NCBI GenBank assembly: GCA_000934665.2
Contig: JYFJ02002037.1
Coordinates: 44,691 to 64,690, forward strand
Origin: Catajapyx aquilonaris
Lineage: Eukaryota
Direction: 5' to 3'
Length of the DNA: 20,000 nucleotides
Every line of letters starts with the position of its first letter. Position 1 is the stretch's first letter. The translations under genes and the position numbers were made by a program. Positions 11,414 through 19,170 of the stretch are shown here, piece by piece. Below the pieces are notes generated by a model that was not told where the DNA came from, did not search any database, and worked only from the letters and a program-made list of their open reading frames with translations.

Positions 11414-11850
11414 CGTCCGAATAACCCGCGCGCGGACAAGACACCCATGCACTTCACCTACGCTGAACCACTTTGTAGGCGCGGGCTTATGCTACTGGCC
11501 CCCGCGGTCTGCCTCACCACCACTCCGATCACACAGACACCCCGCGCGGGACCACCGATTCACGCACACATCGCACCCACACCACAGCCTCCCAACTACG
11601 GGTCCGCTCTGGGGGCCATCTTGAGAAAAAATGGCCATTCGCTGCCTGCCAGACTGCACTAGGGGGAATTCAAGGGAGGGGAGGGGGGGAGGTTTGAATC
11701 CTCCAGGGGTGGGGGGGAGGATGGGAATGTGATAGCGTAGCGGTTATTTTTAGGTAGCTGTTGGAAGTAGCGGCTACTAGAGGGAGTCGACAGTACATTC
11801 CGGGGAAGCCTTTCATTTTATCAGTGCATTCCGAGTGGGAAATGCTTTCT
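11414..11850 (-). promoter_or_regulatory. Putative 5' UTR and TATA-less core promoter of kibra
   Basis: GC/CpG-rich stretch directly upstream of the start codon; Inr-like GCAGTC (minus, 11657-11652); YY1/Pho-like GCCATCTT near 11615; TEAD hexamers at 11724, 11796, 11827. TSS position is inferred only. Confidence 0.5.
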
Positions 11851-12037
11851 TGGAGGTATGCAGCCAGCTCTGATGGATAAAGGACCGAGCCGTGGACCGA
11901 GCTAAAAAAAATAATTAAAAGAATAAATACACTCATAAGCAGGCGCGAAATCAAAAATGGGCCAGCAGATTAGTTTTATTATGATTTTTTGAGGGTCTAT
12001 CCCACGTCACGGCACGTCATTCTGGCGTCAACCTCAT

Positions 12038-12144
12038 GCATACTGCCAAACCCCAAGTGGTCCCCGCAACCGGCGGATACAGCCCTATCTTCAGCGGATA
12101 CACATGAGCCGGTTGCGGGGACCACTTGGGGTTTGCCTATATGC
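12038..12144. mobile_element. Tiny foldback element / possible Mutator-like MITE
   Basis: Perfect 28-bp inverted repeat 12047-12074 / 12108-12135, extendable to 37 bp with 3 mismatches; flanked by imperfect 9-bp direct repeats CAACCTCAT / CAACCCTAT. Confidence 0.6.
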
Positions 12145-12170
12145 CAACCCTATTTCCTCCAGCCTAACGT

Positions 12171-12512
12171 CAGGGAGCATATACTACATAAGAGGCGCAA
12201 ACTTCTGTAGGCGCCTTTGATGTTCGCGTCTCTCTGTTTATGGCGTTGCCAAGGCTGGCGGCCATTTTGAAGTGTGTGGAACGCCAACGAGGCATAAATA
12301 GGGTCCGCCATCTTTGATGGTTTTGGCGGCCATGGCAACTACACGGCAATAACACGCGCTAATCAAAGATGGCGGACCCTATTTTTGCCTGTACCCTATT
12401 TATACCTCGTTGGCGTTCCACACACTTCAAAATGGCCGCCAGCCTGGGCAACGCCATAAACAGAGAGACGCGGAAATCGAATGTTGGCGCCTCTTTATAT
12501 GTATGCTCCCTG
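12171..12512. mobile_element. Foldback MITE (CAGGG-ended; P- or hAT-like)
   Basis: Arms of about 150 bp (CAGGGAGCATA...CCGCCATCTTTGAT / ATCAAAGATGGCGG...TATGCTCCCTG) are near-perfect inverted copies with small indels; flanks CTAACGT / GTAACGT resemble a 7-bp TSD with one mismatch. Confidence 0.8.
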
Positions 12513-13074
12513 GTAACGTACTGTACATTACAGACGACCCTCATAAAATTATTTTTCTCCATTCCACAGTTTGTTATTCGAGCATCCATCCTCAAAAATT
12601 CGAGGCTGGACCAAGAATCTGAAGAATCGGAAACATCCTTAGGAGTAGTAAACACGAGTAAACAACCTAGCTATATCAGAAGATGAGGAATTCAAAAAGA
12701 CGTAGGTACACAGGGGACGGACATTCCGCAATACAGTACGAGATTCACCCAAAATTCCTTATGATGAAAAGAAACAACGCAAAACATGAATGACGTCCAC
12801 ATATTTTATTCCATACCGTAGAATGCAGATTCAGATAATAAAATCACTTTTATTACATCTTTGTACCTCATATCTCCTGAAAGAAATGGCTATAAAAATT
12901 CCGGCGCCCTTTAAGACGGCCCACGAGGCATTGCGTTGATAACCACCATTTTCCGTCGACTTTTATGCATTAATATCCAGGTGAAAACATAATACCGGCG
13001 ATCAGTTTAGCCGCTACTTTGGAACAGTTATGAGTTTCTCCACTAGCAGGAGGGGGGGATGGAGGAAGGGAGAG

Positions 13075-13160
13075 GAGAATGTGACGTCACAGACCAAGTT
13101 CCCCTTCTGGGCCAATCCACGCCCCGGATTCCTGTGCGAAGGAATGCGGCTCATTTGCAT
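13075..13160. promoter_or_regulatory. Candidate enhancer/promoter motif cluster
   Basis: GTGACGTCAC (palindromic CRE, 13081-13090), GGCCAATC (CCAAT box, 13110), CCACGCCCC (Sp/KLF, ~13117), GGAATG (TEAD, 13141) and ATTTGCAT (octamer, 13153-13160) within about 80 bp. Confidence 0.5.
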
Positions 13161-13486
13161 CGACACCCAACCACCCCCTCACACCCCAGCCCCCGTCCTA
13201 CCTACCCTCCGGCCATATTATCCAAGCATATTTCCCTTATCCCGTCTCCCCCCACCCTGTCTCCCAACCCCGACTCGTCCTACCAGCCTCAAGCGCTCTA
13301 CGCAACTGAGTTACGCACGCGAGTGACGTTAGAGCGCCAACTACGAATGAGGCGCGCCGCTCTTTCTTGGAACTCGCTGTGTTGCTGGCGGGCCAATCTT
13401 GGAGGTATTTTATGATGATTAAAAATGCACATGTGCTGATTTTCTATTAATTTCATGGTTAAATCGTAAACAGACTGGAGGATTGG

Positions 13487-13810
13487 GGGTGGCCGGCGCT
13501 GGTGGTCTGGTGGGGTTAGCGCGCTAGCCTCTAGACCCGTGGGTTCGAACCCGGCCGAGGTCGGTGACTTTTCTCCGGGTGGTAGAAAAGTGAGAGTGCG
13601 CCTTCCTTCGGAGGGGAAGTAAAGCCGTCTCGGTCCCGTGTGCTTGTGACATTACGCGAGTGCACGTTAAAGATCCCCAGAGTGGCCAAATTTCCAGGAG
13701 AAGGAGCGCCCCCTGGCGTCGGTGTTTAGCCTCAGCAGCAGAAATAGGCCCCACCAGGAGTGGCCCCACTGATAAGGTGGAGGATTGGTCTCTCTCAGCC
13801 AAAGTAATAT
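13487..13810 (+). mobile_element. tRNA-derived SINE with Nin/Deu-like core
   Basis: A box TGGTCTGGTGG (13503-13513), B box GGTTCGAACCC (13542-13552). Body CCTTCGGAGGGGAAGTAAAGCCGTC...GTGCACGTTAAAGATCCCCAG resembles, from memory, arthropod SINE cores. 3' end uncertain; TGGAGGATTGG at 13476 and 13778 may be the TSD. Confidence 0.8.
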
Positions 13811-14150
13811 ATATGGGAGGGGGGGATCTGGTTCAGTAATGGATTTTTATTATTTTAGGGGCGGTAGCCCCTAAGTAAGGCCGTACAACAATTTTCAACA
13901 ATTAATTTTTTCAACATCTTCTTGTTGTTGTTGTTACGCTTTTTTTATTCGCCCAAACTCAAGTTCTGCTGTTGGTAGAGCTTCCACATTTTGAACACAG
14001 ATCCCCACCGTCGCACAGTGGGGTATTTGGGCCGAAAAGTTGGTCGAAATTTTTTCTGTCGGCTTTTGCTTCTAAAATGCTCTGATTCATTAATTTATGA
14101 AGTAATAGGGGAAGTAAAGTAGTTTTTGGTGAGAAAAAGGCTGGCAGTAT

Positions 14151-14346
14151 AAGTGGACCTTTACTGGCACAAGCAATATGTACGAATTACTCCATTTCGT
14201 AAGAAACGATTGCGGATTTCTCATGAATCGTAGCCAATTTTGGGTTTTTATTGTCATATTCGTGATCAGAACCTTCAAATCATTAAGAAATGACTACTTA
14301 AGTCGGCAACGCCGGCAATAGAAGCGGACCTTTACTACTGGTAACT

Positions 14347-14417
<71 letters not shown>

Positions 14418-14530
14418 CTAGTCAGTTATGTAAAAAAAACTATTACGGATTCCTCAGGATTCGTAGCCAATTTTGGATTTTCATTGTCATATTCGTGATC
14501 AGCACATTGAAATCTTGAATAAATGTCTAC
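14151..14530 (+). repeat. Diverged internal tandem duplication inside the Transib-like element
   Basis: AAGYGGACCTTT at 14151 and 14322; TCGTAGCCAATTTTGG...ATTGTCATATTCGTGATCAG at about 14228 and 14461; second copy interrupted by (AT)n. Confidence 0.75.
14349..14415. repeat. (AT)n microsatellite
   Basis: About 33 AT units inside the Transib-like element. Confidence 0.99.
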
Positions 14531-15572
14531 TTTAATCTTGAAGTTTGACTTGTTGTATCAAGTCATATAATTGTCTCCATACCATGACTTTGACTCCTGA
14601 TGACCCTAGTTGAAAGAGAGAGAAAAAAATAGTCGGAAAAAAGAGATGCAAAAATTTACGTTAACAGCACAGGAGAAAAATGAGGGGGGAAATGAAAAGG
14701 CGCGAAATGGCGCGTCAGATTCTTTCCTAGCTATAAAATAGAAAGCTGACTCTTCAAAATGTCATAAATAAGACAGATGGATCAGAGTGGGAACCATAAC
14801 TTAATCATGTTTGAATATTTCACATTTGGCGAAAAAATTATTGCATAATTTCGAGGACTAATAATTACTTATAGCCTAGTCATATTATTGTAAGAAATTC
14901 TTTAAAATGAAGTACACACCTTCTTCTGAAGCTTCCATATTGGAACAGTTCACATATATTTTGTATAACTGAAAACAACACTAATGAATGTGTCGCGCCG
15001 TAAATTGCGCTTGAAATTAGCTAAATAATACGCGAACTGTCTTCAACTTTCAACTGCTGGTACAGACGAAGGGTTACACCTATGAGAAGTACAACTGTAT
15101 GTCATAATAGACTCGTCATTCATCTGATCCAGGAAACAAATTTTATTGGAATCCGTAACATTCAAAAAAATCAAATTTTGTCCAGCTTTTGAGGCCAAAT
15201 ACTACACTGTGCGTCATGAAGTGCATTCCTACCATTTGCAGCTAAACTCAATTCCTCTTCAAAATGCCGCAAAAATTTTAAAATCACTAAAATATACGGT
15301 TCTATTTTTTTGCTCAATAACTATTCGGAATTTGGTTTCTTCATCAAAGGGCCGAATGAGCAGTAGGATGGTGCAGATCTATGTTCAAAACCTCACAGTT
15401 CCACCTCCTGCAGGATTGAAGTTATGCTTTTTTTCACAAAAATTTTTCCATCAAATACTTCATTTGTTCATGATTCCATCACCTAGCAATGTCAATTCTT
15501 ATTTACACCTCGCCATATTGTTAGAGCGAAATGTTACCCCACTGCTTTGGAGTGAACGGATTGTACTCATTA

Positions 15573-16302
15573 CAGTTGAATCCGGATATAACAGCCTCGG
15601 CTATAACTACAGACTTTTGGTTATAAAGGCCGGTCCCGACATGCTTCGTCCATAAGGCCCCGTGTATTTTACTCCCAATTAACGGACTCATTTTCACCTC
15701 ACCTCGGGTAGAGCACACCATTTCTTGGCCCTCGGTGGGAAAATATAGTTTTCCAGATACAAAATTTGCACAAAGGAGACGGCAGAAGAAAATTACGGAT
15801 ATTTTGGTCCTTTATCATTTTCGGGTGAGCTAATGTTATTAAATTTTTGACAGATTTCATTAATCGGTATGTAGTCTAGTAGTGCATATTGCAGCCATAT
15901 TACCGAAGCAGGTTGGTGTAGGGGATAAGGAGCCGGCCTGCTAATCGGGAGGTCCTGGGTTCGAGTCCCGGGCCCGGAAACCCTGACCATGGTTTTCTGT
16001 GGTTTTCCATGGTCCCCCCAGGACAATTCCGGGGTCGTTTCCATAAAAATAGGCCACAGCCTCTTCCTTCCTTCCCTATCCCTGGTCCCATCCAATGGTG
16101 GTAATCCACGCCCCTAAGGGAGCCAAAGGCTCTAGCACGGGGTATGATAAATAAAATAAATTAATTAATAAATAAAATATTGCAGCCATATTGAAAGCAG
16201 AAATCTCTGTTTTCATTGTGTGGCGAATTGGCTATAACAGACCTCGGTTATAACAAACTTTTTCCGCAGTCTCTTGAAGTTTGTTTTATCTGGATTCAAG
16301 TG
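15573..16302. mobile_element. Tc1/mariner (pogo/Tigger-like) MITE containing a nested SINE
   Basis: TA|CAGTTGAATCCGGATATAACA ... TGTTTTATCTGGATTCAAGTG|TA: imperfect TIR with TA TSD and repeated subterminal TATAAC motifs at both ends. Confidence 0.8.
15902..16176 (+). mobile_element. Full-length tRNA-derived SINE, recent insertion
   Basis: A box TGGTGTAGGGG (15914-15924), B box GGTTCGAGTCC (15958-15968), A/T-rich (ATAA)n tail, perfect 16-bp TSD ATATTGCAGCCATATT (15886-15901 and 16177-16192). Body GGTTTTCTGTGGTTTTCC...AGGCCACAGCCTCTTCCTTCC recalls insect Lm1/Talua-type SINEs. Confidence 0.92.
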
Positions 16303-16311
16303 TACCATTAA

Positions 16312-16906
16312 CCCCTTCGCTACCGGCTATATCGCCATTGCCATTGCCATCACCAGGTATTACCAGCCAACTCTTAAGCTGATTTAATTATTAAATTATG
16401 CTACAGTATATGCTGAATATCTACCTTGAGAAACGTGCCAGACGAATTTGCTGAAATCGTCGCATTTCGCGAAAATTAAGTAAGGTTGGGAGTTTTCAGA
16501 TGTGACGGAGGCAAGTCGCAGATAAGTATTGATTGAATTCTTGCAAAGTACCACGATTTCATCAAATTCGTCTGGTACAGTTCTCAATGTACATATTCCG
16601 TATATTTTAGAGTATAGGCTATTTCATGATAATTAAATCACACTAACCGTTGGCTGGTAGCATTCGACTTTCGTTTTTTTTACGACTATCTCTGTGAAAG
16701 TCATTTAGGGACTTCTAAGCGACAAAATCATCTCCAATACATTCATAGTGCAGACTGTATAGTGTAGAGCATAAACGTGTTAGTATGATATGATCCTGCA
16801 TGTATCACTGTAGCTGTTATTATTTGTAAAATATCTTGTCCTTGTCTTCAGAGTACGTGTAAGCGACAACCTAGACGATTGCAGTATATCTGGTATTGCG
16901 AAGGGG
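16312..16906. mobile_element. piggyBac-like MITE
   Basis: TTAA|CCCCTTCGCTACCGGCTATA ... TATATCTGGTATTGCGAAGGGG|TTTAA: CCC-starting imperfect TIRs at TTAA-like sites. Confidence 0.7.
16363..16657. mobile_element. Foldback MITE nested in the piggyBac-like element
   Basis: TA|CCAGCCAAC ... GTTGGCTGG|TA, with matching inverted blocks along the arms (TGATTTAATTAT/ATAATTAAATCA; CCAGACGAATTTGCTGAAATCGT/ACGATTTCATCAAATTCGTCTGG). Confidence 0.7.
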
Positions 16907-16927
16907 TTTAAAAAAAGAACTGAAATA

Positions 16928-17700
16928 AGAGCAAAAACATTCCCTTGAGTGAAAAAAGGGTAATAAGACCTCCGTGGCGGAATGAAAGTACTGAAACAAG
17001 GCAGGCGCACGTAAGACCTTCACCAATTGATTTAAGCTGTACCATAGGTCTTACTCAAGCAATTCTAAAGTACTGTATGGAAGGGCTCGTAAAAATTACT
17101 GCTGCAAACTACTCAGAGCAGTATGTAGGGTTTTATTTTGAAAAGAAAAAAAATGGGAAAAAAACTAAACCCATCCTAACAGACTTGGCTCAATCGAAAA
17201 GACCCTCTCAAATTCGCCAATTAGCGTTTATATGTGAAAAGTTAAACATTAGAGTTAAAATCAGCATCTAAAAGGGGTGACGATTCTTCATTATGAATGT
17301 TTCATGGCAATAATTTGCACCAATCGTATAGAAATTCAATGTGCTTAATATTGAAGTTCCTAATTTCAGAAAACACTTATATGGAGTGGCTCATGGAAAA
17401 TTAATGGGTGGAATTTTCGTTGTAGTACTAGTAACTATAGTTACTGGTAATTTAGCAGTACCATTGCACTACACTGGTACTGCTAAGTTAGAAGTAACTA
17501 GTAGTACGACGAAAATTCCACAAATTGTTTTCGGTAAGGAGACTTCATGAGCAGTAAATTGGAAATTGCTTGAGTAAGACCTATGGTACAGCTTAAATCA
17601 ATTGGTGAAGGTCTTACGTGCGCCTGCCTTGTTTCAGTACTTTCATTCAGCCACGGAGGTCTTACTACCCTTTTTTCACTCAAGGGAATGTTTTTGCTCT
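16928..17700. mobile_element. Non-autonomous DNA transposon with ~140-bp near-identical TIRs
   Basis: 16924-17064 is the reverse complement of 17564-17704 with 2 substitutions seen (mirrored in the duplicated ORF text SEKRV[I/V]RPPW[R/L]NESTETRQAHVRPSPIDLSCTIGLTQAI); TA on both flanks. Confidence 0.85.
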
Positions 17701-18119
17701 TATTATATTTCCTTTTCATCAGATGACATACTCCACTAATCCTTCTAGACCCCACTGCCGAAGGGTCATCTTCTTCTTCAACCTCCTCAGACATGGCCAC
17801 CACCATCTCTTCCTCCTCCTCCTCCTCCTCCTCCGCTTCCGCCTTCTTGATCTCACCAAGTGTGTCTTGTATGAGAGTAGAGTCATCATCAAAGCAAGAA
17901 GGGGTCTCCTCCTTCAAGAGAATCTGCCAGGTCTGCTCTGTTGTGATCTCACCATCTTCTTCATTCACTTCCTCCTCCTGTATCTTCAGGATCAAAGACA
18001 TGGTCCTGCAAACACAAGAGTGGAAGTCATGTAATCATGTCAAGTAACACACAAGTCATGGCAGATGAAGAGGAGGAATATTTCTCTTAGATTATCACAT
18101 CACCACTGTAAGTTTTTAA

Positions 18120-18320
18120 GGGTGGCACAGCTGTGCAGCAGTCAGCACCACATAATTTGAGGTCCTGTGTTTAATGCCCGTACTGGACATGGGAATTTCG
18201 CAAGTGGAAAATGCTTCAATTGGATCTCTGCCTCTTCCCATGACGGCTCTCAGGATTCTTCCGTTTCCTTCCAACTGTCAATTTTCATCACAGTGCAGTG
18301 CATGAAATGAGATGAAACGT
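18120..18320 (+). mobile_element. Possible decayed tRNA-derived SINE
   Basis: TGGCACAGCTG A-box-like and GAGGTCCTGTGTTTAATGCCC degenerate B-box-like motifs, followed by a CTCAGGATTCTTCCGTTTCCT segment; no TSD found. Confidence 0.3.
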
Positions 18321-18707
18321 CCATTTAACCCTCAGAGCCCGGCAAGTAAATGGCAGGTACTGCCGAGAAAGCTGGTAAGCATTTTTGTAATTTTTTAAAA
18401 TCTCAAGTCCTCATGACCTAAAAAAAAATGTTACAATAAAAGATTATATGGGATAATTATACATCAATGTTTACCTCAGACTTGGGGCTTAAAAACAAAT
18501 ACAAACAAAAAACGCAAATGTGTGGGTCATGTGACCATGGCGGCCATTTTGCATCTATAATCCGGAGTCAGGCATAGATGGAAAGCAATATTGAAACAGC
18601 GCCCATACTTCTCAAATTTAAAATGATCAAAACTCAGCCAACTTTTTCTGAGTGATAGTATAGGCTACCTCTAATTTACCAATTCAATCAATGAATATAA
18701 CATGATT

Positions 18708-19170
18708 CAGAGCTGCCAACCCTACCCCCCAAAAAATGAGGGGGAGGTAATGACATAATGAGGGGGATTGGGCATCTGAGAGGGGGATTTTGTGTCCCAT
18801 CGTTCGCTAAGACGCCATCTTGTTCAAGGTGCAACTCCTGTGGTAGGTAGTGGGTAGTCTGTCGTGATTGGCTGGATCTTTCTTCCGCAGACTTACCACT
18901 TGAGTACACCTTGACAAAGATGGCGGATAGCGAACGATGTAGCGCGGCCAGCGCCAAATTCCCAGCCTGGTGAAGACACAGAAATTAAACTACCGTAGCC
19001 ATACAACTAGGGGGAAGTGACATGGGGCTGAGTGAGGTAGTACTAGTACCAAATATAATAATTTAACGATAATCTCTACGGCGGGGGAAATAACCCTGCG
19101 TGAGGGGGGGCGGGGGAGAACACGTAAATGCGGGAGTCCCCCGCCCAATGCGGGAGGGTTGGCAGCTCTG
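18708..19170. mobile_element. hAT-like MITE with 6-bp TSD
   Basis: Perfect 16-bp TIR CAGAGCTGCCAACCCT / AGGGTTGGCAGCTCTG; direct repeat ATGATT at 18702-18707 and 19171-19176. Confidence 0.85.

Larger units (their letters stand above)
14014..15211. mobile_element. Non-autonomous Transib-superfamily DNA transposon
   Basis: 39-bp TIRs (14014-14052 / 15173-15211, 31/39 identical), both starting CACAGTG; 5-bp GC-rich TSD CGTCG (14009-14013) / CGTCA (15212-15216); no transposase ORF inside. Confidence 0.85.

Noticed and set aside
11414..11452. 13-aa N-terminal extension of Kibra suggested by the ORF track
   Set aside because: Starts at GTG; the ATG at 11413 gives the family-typical MPR start in good context.
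11129..11662. 177-aa plus-strand ORF
   Set aside because: Antisense shadow of GC-rich kibra exon 1 and leader; no recognisable domain.
13491..13562. tRNA gene
   Set aside because: A and B boxes are present but there is no full cloverleaf, and the sequence continues into a SINE body.
15902..15978. tRNA gene (Ser-GCT-like loop)
   Set aside because: Imperfect anticodon and acceptor stems; it is the head of a TSD-flanked SINE.
16780..17704. Apparent duplicated gene pair (identical peptide text on opposite strands)
   Set aside because: Explained by the TIRs of one non-autonomous element; the same applies to the mirrored ORFs at 12150-12686.
18325..18400. piggyBac-like end TTAA|CCCTCAGAG
   Set aside because: No matching opposite TIR found in the window, so it cannot be called.
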